Shown: positions 16,732 through 24,300 of the stretch, piece after piece | Layout of the letters: the number at the start of each line of letters is the position of its first letter | Position numbering within the stretch: the first letter of the stretch is position 1 | From: Candidatus Nanopelagicales bacterium | Lineage (GTDB): Bacteria > Actinomycetota > Actinomycetes > S36-B12 > UBA10799 | DNA length: 64,000 bases | Assembly: GCA_041393775.1 (NCBI GenBank) | Contig: JAWKJM010000003.1 | Span: 30,811 to 94,810, forward strand | Direction of reading: 5' to 3' | Position numbers and translations under genes: made by a program | The notes under the pieces: generated by a model | Database searches by the model: none | Told to the model about the DNA's origin: nothing | Seen by the model: the letters and a program-made list of their open reading frames with translations, nothing else

Positions 16732-16799
16732 GTTAGAGAACGTGCACGCGGTTAGAGAACACACGCGTGGCTTCTCTAACCTCGTGCACGTTCTCTAAC
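16732..16799. promoter_or_regulatory. 68-bp near-perfect palindrome with four GTTAGAGAA boxes upstream of the sheath operon
   Basis: The outer 17-bp arms GTTAGAGAACGTGCACG (16732-16748) and CGTGCACGTTCTCTAAC (16783-16799) are perfect inverted repeats. The inner arms are GGTTAGAGAAC (16750-16760) and CTTCTCTAACC (16771-16781), centred on ACGCGT. By my hand alignment, 31 of 34 positions match. The element is AT-richer than its surroundings and lies 152-219 nt upstream of the sheath start. Confidence 0.6.
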
Positions 16800-16925
16800 C
16801 TCGCGGCCAACTCCCGCGAGCCGTAGTCAGACTGGACGCATCGCCGGCCGGGATCGCCGACCCAGTTCTCCGTGCAGCGCTCAGCCGCCGCGATCGGGCC
16901 CGCCGGCTTCTGCCGCACGCCCGCT

Positions 16926-18086
16926 CTACAGGTCCGGTTGCTCCGGCAGGTCCGCGCCCTTCACCTTCTTCTCCGCCGTCGCGATGGCCGCCTGCCACGC
17001 GTCGTACGCCTGGCCGTAGCGCGCGGTGATCCGGTCGGACTCGGTCTGGAACTGCTCCCACTGCGCATCGAACTCGAAGTAGCACTCGCCATAGATGCAC
17101 TCGGCGTCCTCGAGGGCTGCAACGGCTGAATTGATGGCGTCGGCAGCGTCGCCGATGACCGTCACGATGCGCGCGTGAACCGCGCGCAATGCGCTCGGCG
17201 GCTTCAGCGCCGCCATCTGGGTGGCGACCTCACGCCGATCGGTGCCCGCCTGCGTGAAGTAGTCGATCACGTCGTACATGTAGACGTCGTCGCTGCGCAT
17301 GTAGTCGACGTAAGCCGCCGTGTCATTGCGCAGAGCCGTGTATTGATCGATCAACGACTCCATCTGTGTGTGGTAGGTCCGCACGTCCTGGCGCTGCGAC
17401 TTGGCGGTGGCCTTCGCCTTCTTCACCTGCTTGCGGTACTTGGCCATGGCTTGATCCACCCGACGGGTCAAGTCGTCCAGCGTCCGGACCGCATCGTCGC
17501 CCTCGGCAGCGGCGGGCTCCATGTCGCCGCCGTAACTGGTCAGCGTGTCCAAGTCGTCCACGAGGTCGTCGCGGTTGTCGGTCCACACCTGCGTGTTCGT
17601 CTCCTCGTAGGCCTGCAGTGCAGCGAGCGCGGCGAACGCATCCCGAAGGGTGGTCAGCCGGTCCGCGCCCTTGGCGCCGGGATCCTCGTCGAGGGTCGCG
17701 TTGATCGTGGTCAGTTCCGCCTGCGCACCGCCGGCCACGTCCTGGACCATCTCGGTGGACTGCGCCCCCGACATGCCGTCCAGCGACGCCATCAGCACGG
17801 GGCCGGAGGCGTTGTACTGGTCCTTCGCCGCGCTGGTCTGCGTGAGACCCCACCACGCCGCGCCTGCCAGGATCAGGCCGATCGCGGCGACCCCTGCGAT
17901 TACCAGACCCCGGCGAGGGCGCCGCGCCGATTGCGTCGGCCCATGCGGCTCCTCGGTCGCTGCTTCCTCAGGCTCGTCGAGGACCTCGACGACCTCGATC
18001 TTGTGCCCGCACTCGTGGCAGAACTTGTCGCTGTGCTGTATCGGCTGCCCGCATTCGCTGCATACGGCCGCGGCGTCGTCCTCCAT
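16926..18086 (-). CDS. Zinc-ribbon / single-pass membrane protein with large extracytoplasmic helical domain, 386 aa
   Basis: ATG 18086 is preceded by a GGGAGG RBS. The protein has CSECGQPIQHSDKFCHECG (CxxC-x11-CxxC), an acidic linker, a TM segment GLVIAGVAAIGLILAGAAWWGL, and then ~290 aa of helical sequence. Confidence 0.75.
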   Translation of the reverse strand: MEDDAAAVCSECGQPIQHSDKFCHECGHKIEVVEVLDEPEEAATEEPHGPTQSARRPRRGLVIAGVAAIGLILAGAAWWGLTQTSAAKDQYNASGPVLMASLDGMSGAQSTEMVQDVAGGAQAELTTINATLDEDPGAKGADRLTTLRDAFAALAALQAYEETNTQVWTDNRDDLVDDLDTLTSYGGDMEPAAAEGDDAVRTLDDLTRRVDQAMAKYRKQVKKAKATAKSQRQDVRTYHTQMESLIDQYTALRNDTAAYVDYMRSDDVYMYDVIDYFTQAGTDRREVATQMAALKPPSALRAVHARIVTVIGDAADAINSAVAALEDAECIYGECYFEFDAQWEQFQTESDRITARYGQAYDAWQAAIATAEKKVKGADLPEQPDL

Positions 18087-18188
18087 CTTGGGACCTCCCG
18101 TGTGCACGCCCCTTCAGGGTAGGACTGACACGTGCGACGATGCGCGGTTCGCGTCGCCGGGCCCAGTGCTGCCGAGCGACGAGTGCGG

Positions 18189-19775
18189 CTACTTCTTGAC
18201 CTTCACCTTCGTCGTGGCCTTCACCTTGTCCTGGAAGCTCAGCCGCAGTCTGTACTTGCCGGGCTTGAGCCGCTTCGGCAGTTTCCACTTCAGCGTGTTG
18301 ATGCCCGCCTTCGCCTTGCCCCTCTTGGTGAGAGTCTTCTTGCCCTTGAGCGTGAACTTCAGAGTCGCCGCGTGCGTCACGCCGTACTTCACCCGCAACT
18401 TCTTGCCGGCCTTCACCGATTTCACCCCGGGCACCCACACCGCAGCCAACTGCGCAACCCCGTTAGCACCCGGCGGTCCCGCCGGACCGGTCTGCCCGGT
18501 CTGGCCCGTCGGTCCGGTCAACTGCGCAACCACCGTGATCGGATTGCTGACCGCGGACATCGTCGTGAGCAACGCCGGGAGCCGTGCGGTGGAGGTGCAC
18601 GTGACCACCGCACCCAGATCAGCGGCTGTCGGCGTGTAGACCAGCCCCGACTCTCCCGCGACCGCGGCCCCTGCCCGCTGCCAACTCACTGTGACCGAGG
18701 ACTTCGGGCCCCACACGTCCGCCCCGCACACCAACGGCAGACCGACCTGGCCGGACCCGGCCAGCCCCGGACGACGGTCGGCCGCGGACACACCTGAGGT
18801 GATCCTCCCGATCTTGTTCGCACTGAAACTGCCCTCAGCGAACCACAGGTTGCCGTCCGCGCCCGCCGCGATCCCGTACGGGGAACCGTTGGCCGTGGTC
18901 ACCGGGAACTCCGTGACCGCCCCCGACGGCGTGACCCGTCCTACCTTGTTCTCCGCGCGCTCGGTGAACCACAGATTGCCGTCCGGGCCCGCCGCGATCC
19001 CATACGGTCCGCTGCTGGTCGTCGTTACCGGGAACTCCGTGACCACCCCCGACGGCGTGACCCGTCCGATCGCGTTCCCGGTGCTCTCCGTGAACCACAG
19101 ATTGCCGTCCGGGCCCGCCGCGATCCACCACGGCTGACTGTTCGCCGTCGTCACCGGGAACTCCGTGACCACCCCCGACGGCGTGATCCGCCCGATCGCG
19201 TTCCCGATCGCTTCTGTGAACCACAGATTGCCGTCCGGACCCGCCGCGATCCCGCGCGGACGACTGTTCGCCGTCGTCACCGGGAACTCCGTGACCACCC
19301 CCGACGGCGTGATCCGCCCGATCGCGTTCCCGTAATACTCCGTGAACCACAGGTTCCCGTCCGGACCGCCGGCGATTCCGCTCGGCCGACTGTCCACCCC
19401 GGGCAGCGGGAACTCGGTGATCACCCCCGACGGCGTGATCCGCCCGATCCTGTTCCCGGTGTACTCGGTGAACCACAGGTTCCCGTCCGGACCGCCGGCG
19501 ATCCCGGACGGCCCACTGTTCGCCGTCGTCACCGGGAACTCCGTGACCACCCCCGACGGCGTGGTCCGCCCGATCCTGTTCCCGTTGAACTGTGTGAACC
19601 AGAGGTTCCCGTCCGGACCGCCGGCGATCCCGATCGGCCCACTGTTCGCCGTCGTCACCGGGAACTCCGTGATCACGCCTGGGTCGGTGGCCGCGTTCCC
19701 GGGCGCGGCCGCGAGACCCTGCATTCCCACTACGACGGCAACCACGACTTCCGCCAACTTCGCGAACCTCATCAT
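18189..19775 (-). CDS. Secreted seven-blade Vgb-like beta-propeller repeat protein with Ig-like domain, collagen-like GXY stretch and Lys-rich C-terminal module, 528 aa
   Basis: Translation probably starts at MMRFAKLAEVVVAVVVGMQGLAAAPGNA, a signal peptide. Seven 42-aa repeats follow (TEFPVTTANSxPxGIAxGPDGNLWFTExxGNxIGRITPSGV), seen as a 126-nt DNA period (for example 19141 vs 19267). The stretch GPTGQTGQTGPAGPPGANG lies at 18459-18515. The last 89 aa are rich in K. Confidence 0.8.
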   Translation of the reverse strand: MMRFAKLAEVVVAVVVGMQGLAAAPGNAATDPGVITEFPVTTANSGPIGIAGGPDGNLWFTQFNGNRIGRTTPSGVVTEFPVTTANSGPSGIAGGPDGNLWFTEYTGNRIGRITPSGVITEFPLPGVDSRPSGIAGGPDGNLWFTEYYGNAIGRITPSGVVTEFPVTTANSRPRGIAAGPDGNLWFTEAIGNAIGRITPSGVVTEFPVTTANSQPWWIAAGPDGNLWFTESTGNAIGRVTPSGVVTEFPVTTTSSGPYGIAAGPDGNLWFTERAENKVGRVTPSGAVTEFPVTTANGSPYGIAAGADGNLWFAEGSFSANKIGRITSGVSAADRRPGLAGSGQVGLPLVCGADVWGPKSSVTVSWQRAGAAVAGESGLVYTPTAADLGAVVTCTSTARLPALLTTMSAVSNPITVVAQLTGPTGQTGQTGPAGPPGANGVAQLAAVWVPGVKSVKAGKKLRVKYGVTHAATLKFTLKGKKTLTKRGKAKAGINTLKWKLPKRLKPGKYRLRLSFQDKVKATTKVKVKK

Positions 19776-19904
19776 GAGCACTCCCTCCGTTGTGCAGGAG
19801 TTTAGGAGGTCGGTCAACCCGCCAGAGTTGGTCGCGCAACGACCGGTGCCCGCCCCGAGGGTGCTTCGCGGTGACACGAGACGGCTTCAGCAACAGCGCC
19901 GGCC

Positions 19905-19959
19905 GGGGGACTTTGGGCAGATATGGTCACCAGGTGACCTGAAATGACCAAAGTCCCCC
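19905..19959. repeat. Palindromic intergenic repeat, family P copy 1 (GGGGGACTTTGG ... CCAAAGTCCCCC)
   Basis: The outer 12-bp stem spans 19905-19916 and 19948-19959. The inner perfect palindrome GGTCACCAGGTGACC is at 19925-19939. Related copies are at 42213-42263 and 49670-49717. Confidence 0.8.
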
Positions 19960-20047
19960 AGGGGCCTGCCGTGACCCCTTCGGACGGTGGCCAGGCCGCA
20001 CGCACGTCGCTACGCTTGGGCAATCCGAAGCCGCGGGAGTGCGCCGT

Positions 20048-22090
20048 ATGGAAGCCGAACACGCTCTGCTCATGCTCGCGAACTGGCCCGTCGCTGCGGT
20101 ACGGGCGGCGACCGCGGACCTGCCCGAGCGGGCGATGGTGGTCATCCGCGTCACCGGCCCCGACGGCGACCGCCACTACGCAGTCGACGCAGGCAGCGTG
20201 CGGCTGGTCCTCGAGGGCGCTGATCCCGATCGGACACTCGCCGACGTCATCGACCTGAGCAGTTTCCCCGAGAGCCGCACGGTCGAGATGGATGAGCCTG
20301 GGGTGGTCGATCCGGTCCCGGGGGACGTGCTGGTCCGCGGTGCCGAGGTGCTCGGGGTCGTGCGGGGAACCGACAGCGTCCGCGGGGTTGAGGGCGGCCA
20401 GCGGGCGCGGCCGCCGAGCCCGCCCCGGGAGACCGTCGGGGACGAACTCGAAGAATCCATGGCCGAACCCGATGCCGCCGACTCTGCGCCACCCGAACCG
20501 CCCTCGACAAGACGCTTCCGCGCCTTCCCCGCGCTCGATGCCCCAGCCGAGGTCAAGGAAGGCGACAGTTTCACTCTGAAGGCCGGGTTCCAGACGCAAC
20601 CGCCCACCACGGACCCGGCCGAGCAACCGGTGATCGTCGCGTCGGCACCTGAACAACTCACGTTCGTGGTGCAGGTGGGCGGGTTCGGCTTCGGCTTCCC
20701 CGACGGCATCCGCACCGAACTGACCGTCGAGCGCGACTCCCCCGACGGACCAGTCGCCGAGTTCACCGTGGTGGCCGGCGACGTCAACGTGCGCGCGACC
20801 CGCACCCTGGAAGTGTCCTTCGAGTACGCCGGCGAGTTGTGCGGGCTGGCGTGGCGCGACGTGCAGGTGGTCTCCGAACCCCCCGATCAGCCGCCCACAC
20901 ACACGCCCGCGTCCGGCGGCACCGGGGTGACCCTGAACGTCGATGCCGGCGCCCCGAGCCTCACGGTTGTGATCCGCAGCGAGCCCGGATCGGCACAACT
21001 GGAGTGGCTGTTCCACCCGCGGGAGAACATCGAGCGGCCCTCGCAGCGGGTGACGACCACGCTGGAGGCGCCCTCGGCCGAGGCCTTCGCCGTCCAGCTC
21101 ATGGCCCAGTTGCCTGCCGCCAAGGACGCGGTGTCGCTGCCGCTGACGGTCCGGGGCATGGGCAAACTCGTCAACCGCGTCATCCCCGACGAGTTCTGGG
21201 CGATGATCGAGGCGACCTGGCGGGCCGCACCTGACGGGGGGATCCCCTCGTTGCTGCTGACCACCAGCGAACCGTTCGTGCCGTGGGAACTGGCGTGGGT
21301 GGACGACGAGGTGGTGGATCCCGCGCTGTTCCCGGACGGGGTGACCGAAGGCCCGCTGGGCACACTGTGGCGGGTGGGCCGGTGGGTGCCACCGGTTAGA
21401 CGCCGTCGCGGCCCCGACCGGCCTGCGGTGCCCCCGGTGGGGCAGGTTAATGCCGATGCTGTCGCTGTGGTGATCGGCGACTACGCGGCCGACACCAAGA
21501 TCCGCAGCCTGCCGCACGCGGTGGAGGAGGGCAAGGCGATCGCCCTGCGCTACGCGGGCCTGCCGCTGACGGTCAGCGAGGGCGACGTCGACCGACTGAT
21601 GAGCGGCGGCCTGGAACGCGACGGTGCCGCGTACGCACCCACCGTCGTGCATTTCGCGGCCCATGGGCAGGTCAGCACCGCGCAGCAGCAGTACACCGGG
21701 ATCCTGCTCTCCGGCGGCCGTCGGCTGGACCTGCTCACGGTGGAGGGCAGCAGACTTGGTGAGTCCGGCGCGCCATTCGTTTTCCTCAACGCCTGTCAGG
21801 TCGGCACCGCGAGCACCGTGTTATCCACATACGGCGGGCTGGCCGGTGCGTTCCTGGGCAACGGTTGTCGTGGGTTCCTGGCACCGTTGTGGAATGTCGA
21901 TGACGAAGTGGCCAAATCGATCGCACTGGACTTCTACCAGCGGACTCTCGGGGACGGCTTGTCCGTCGGCGAGGCGGTGCGGCAGATCCGCGCCGGCTTC
22001 GGCACCGGGCAGGCGGGCACGGCCACCCCCTTGGCCTACGTCTTCTACGGTCACCCGGAACTACAACTGCGACACGGAGGTGGTCCCTGA
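20048..22090 (+). CDS. CHAT-domain (caspase-fold) protease with N-terminal small domain and Ig-like middle region, ~680 aa
   Basis: ATG 20048 is 8 nt after GGGAG; the ORF-track GTG 20039 is an alternative start. The C-terminal half has LLLTTSEPFVPWELA, the catalytic-His context VVHFAAHGQV and the catalytic-Cys context FVFLNACQVG, followed by GFLAPLWNVDDEVA. Confidence 0.8.
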   Translation: MEAEHALLMLANWPVAAVRAATADLPERAMVVIRVTGPDGDRHYAVDAGSVRLVLEGADPDRTLADVIDLSSFPESRTVEMDEPGVVDPVPGDVLVRGAEVLGVVRGTDSVRGVEGGQRARPPSPPRETVGDELEESMAEPDAADSAPPEPPSTRRFRAFPALDAPAEVKEGDSFTLKAGFQTQPPTTDPAEQPVIVASAPEQLTFVVQVGGFGFGFPDGIRTELTVERDSPDGPVAEFTVVAGDVNVRATRTLEVSFEYAGELCGLAWRDVQVVSEPPDQPPTHTPASGGTGVTLNVDAGAPSLTVVIRSEPGSAQLEWLFHPRENIERPSQRVTTTLEAPSAEAFAVQLMAQLPAAKDAVSLPLTVRGMGKLVNRVIPDEFWAMIEATWRAAPDGGIPSLLLTTSEPFVPWELAWVDDEVVDPALFPDGVTEGPLGTLWRVGRWVPPVRRRRGPDRPAVPPVGQVNADAVAVVIGDYAADTKIRSLPHAVEEGKAIALRYAGLPLTVSEGDVDRLMSGGLERDGAAYAPTVVHFAAHGQVSTAQQQYTGILLSGGRRLDLLTVEGSRLGESGAPFVFLNACQVGTASTVLSTYGGLAGAFLGNGCRGFLAPLWNVDDEVAKSIALDFYQRTLGDGLSVGEAVRQIRAGFGTGQAGTATPLAYVFYGHPELQLRHGGGP

Positions 22091-23565
22091 TGGCGGACCT
22101 CGATGGCAGCGGCATACCGGTCGATCTAGGGGCGGGCGTAACACTGGTCGCCCCAGGTCTGCTCGGGACCGCCGAACGGGCGCCGGAACTGCTCGGTGGG
22201 CGAGCCGACGAGGAACCACCCGCGACGCCGGCCCTGACCGACGCCCTGACCGGGGCCGGTCTGCAGCAGGTGCACGGGGTCCAGATCGACGCCACCGAGG
22301 TGCCCCCGGTCGGAGCCGACGTGCGAGGGCCGCACGACGAGGGTCTGATGTTGCTGCAGGTCCCCGACCTCGGCCCGGACTCCCCACAGGTCCTGCTGCA
22401 GGTCGACGAGGCCGGGATCGCCACCTGGCACTTCCCCGAGCCCGTCACCGGCATGGCCCCGGGCACCCTCGAGTTCAGCGTCCCGAGGGAGGTGGCCACC
22501 GACAGCGTCGAGGGGGCATCCGACGACCGCGGCCTGGCCGCTGCGATCGGGCGAAAGTTGCTTTCCGTGCTGGTGTTCCCGGCGATCGAAAAGGGGGTCG
22601 GCCTGCTGGCCCGGGTGCTGGCGGAGAAATACGAGAAGACCTCACGCCCCTACCGACTACGCACGTTCGCGCCGGGCGAGACCCGCACCCCCGGGGCCGG
22701 CGACCTGACCGACCGCGGTTGGGACGGCATCGACGGCCGGGCACTGCTGTTCGTCCACGGCACGTTCGCGACTAGCCACGGGACCTTCTCGGGCTTGCCG
22801 GACGAGGTGATCGGCCACTTGTGGAACGCCTACGGGGGCAACGTGCTGGCGTTCGACCACCCGAGCCTGTCGGTGACGCCGCAGCAGAACGCCGCCCAAC
22901 TGCTGTCCATGATCCCGCCCGACCGCAGGCTCGACGTGGACATCGTCTCGCACAGCCGGGGCGGTCTGGTTGCGCGCGCGATCGCCGATATTGCGACAGG
23001 TTCGCCGCTTCAGGTGCGCAGCACGGTCTTCGTCGCCGCCCCGAACGGTGGCACGCCCCTGGCCGACGACGCCCACATCAAGTCCTTCATCGACCGCATG
23101 ACCACGATGTTGAACCTGATCCCGGACGGGCCGTTGTCGTTGCCGGCCGACATCCTCGGCGGCGTCCTGGACGTCGTCAAGATCCTCGCCGCGGGCGCCG
23201 TGGAGGGACTGCCCGGGTTGCGCGCGATGGACCCGACCGACCCCGGACTGGGGACATTGGGCAGCGCCGCCAGCCCCGACATCGTGCGCTACGCCGTGGA
23301 CGTCGACTTCGAACCAACCGGCAGCCTGCTGTCGCTGACACGGGTCAAGGACGCCGCCGTGGACCTGGTATTCGGGCAGAAGGCCAACGACATGGTGGTG
23401 CCCACCGATGGCGCCGCCGGGGCGGCAGGCCTGCCCGGATTCCCGGTGCCCGCCGACCGACGACTGTCGTTCGGGCGCAGTTCCAGCGTGTGGCACTGCT
23501 CCTTCTTCTCCCAGCCCCAGACCGCTCAGCACCTGCGCCAGTGGTTCCGACCCGAGCAAGGATGA
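22090..23565 (+). CDS. Alpha/beta-hydrolase-fold serine hydrolase (lipase/esterase-like) with ~180-aa N-terminal domain, 491 aa
   Basis: The start overlaps the upstream stop by 1 nt (TGATG). Motifs are LLFVHGTFATSHGTF, the nucleophile elbow DIVSHSRGGLV, and later NDMVVP and VWHCSFF as candidate Asp and His. Confidence 0.7.
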   Translation: MADLDGSGIPVDLGAGVTLVAPGLLGTAERAPELLGGRADEEPPATPALTDALTGAGLQQVHGVQIDATEVPPVGADVRGPHDEGLMLLQVPDLGPDSPQVLLQVDEAGIATWHFPEPVTGMAPGTLEFSVPREVATDSVEGASDDRGLAAAIGRKLLSVLVFPAIEKGVGLLARVLAEKYEKTSRPYRLRTFAPGETRTPGAGDLTDRGWDGIDGRALLFVHGTFATSHGTFSGLPDEVIGHLWNAYGGNVLAFDHPSLSVTPQQNAAQLLSMIPPDRRLDVDIVSHSRGGLVARAIADIATGSPLQVRSTVFVAAPNGGTPLADDAHIKSFIDRMTTMLNLIPDGPLSLPADILGGVLDVVKILAAGAVEGLPGLRAMDPTDPGLGTLGSAASPDIVRYAVDVDFEPTGSLLSLTRVKDAAVDLVFGQKANDMVVPTDGAAGAAGLPGFPVPADRRLSFGRSSSVWHCSFFSQPQTAQHLRQWFRPEQG

Positions 23566-23568
23566 ACG

Positions 23569-24288
23569 ATGGACCTGATTCCGCTGTACCAAGCCACCGC
23601 CGACGGAGAACTGAAGCAAGCCCTCGATGCACAGCCGGAACTGGTGTCCGAGGAAGCCGCGGAACAAGCGCACGCCGACTTCGTCGGGGCCAGCGAGGCG
23701 GGCAGAGCCGACATCGCGTACTTGGCCGCGACGACCGGGGCCATCATCCGGCTGCAACTAGGGCAGCGGGAGGAGGCCCTGTCCGAGAGGTTCGGAGCGG
23801 CACAAGCGCTGTTCCTACTCGCCGAGGACGTGCCGGCGTACGACAACGCCCGGGCCGAGGCTCAGGAGATCGGTGCCCATGCCGTCGAGATCGGTGCACT
23901 GGGCCTGGTCTTCCGGTGCTGGGTGCAGGTGGCCGACTGCTCCTGGTTCGCCTTCGATGCCGACCCCGACGATCCCCGACCACGGCTGATGCAGTCCATG
24001 CGCGACTGCGCGGACGCGCTGGACTGGGCGGGACGGCTGCCGGACCTCGAGGAACAGGACAACTGGCTCGAGCGGCTCGCGTCGCTGGTCAGCGTCGTGT
24101 CGGGTGAGGCCATGAGCAGGGTCTGGTCGGAGGATCTGCTGGAGGCCGACGCCGTCATGCGCCGGCTGGCCAGGGGCACTGAGGCGCTCCCGGTCGACAT
24201 GGCCTTCGAGTCGACCGGCGGGGTGGCGAAGACCGCGCAGGTCGCTTCGCTGCTGTCCGAGCTGGAGTCCCGGTACGGTGCTCCCTGA
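23569..24288 (+). CDS. Hypothetical acidic all-helical protein, 239 aa
   Basis: ATG lies 3 nt after the upstream stop. It follows the coding-frame GC3 pattern. I recognise no motif. It is packed between the hydrolase and the second CHAT gene. Confidence 0.6.
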   Translation: MDLIPLYQATADGELKQALDAQPELVSEEAAEQAHADFVGASEAGRADIAYLAATTGAIIRLQLGQREEALSERFGAAQALFLLAEDVPAYDNARAEAQEIGAHAVEIGALGLVFRCWVQVADCSWFAFDADPDDPRPRLMQSMRDCADALDWAGRLPDLEEQDNWLERLASLVSVVSGEAMSRVWSEDLLEADAVMRRLARGTEALPVDMAFESTGGVAKTAQVASLLSELESRYGAP

Positions 24289-24300
24289 CGTGGTTGCCGG

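Noticed and set aside
14649-16736. 695-aa + strand ORF antisense to sheath and tube
   Set aside because: It is a shadow ORF. The sheath and tube signatures on the minus strand are unambiguous.
18189-19775. Calling the propeller protein a streptogramin B lyase (antibiotic resistance gene vgb)
   Set aside because: A signal peptide, an Ig-like domain, collagen-like triplets and a Lys-rich tail are inconsistent with the compact cytoplasmic Vgb enzyme. Catalytic residues cannot be verified by eye.
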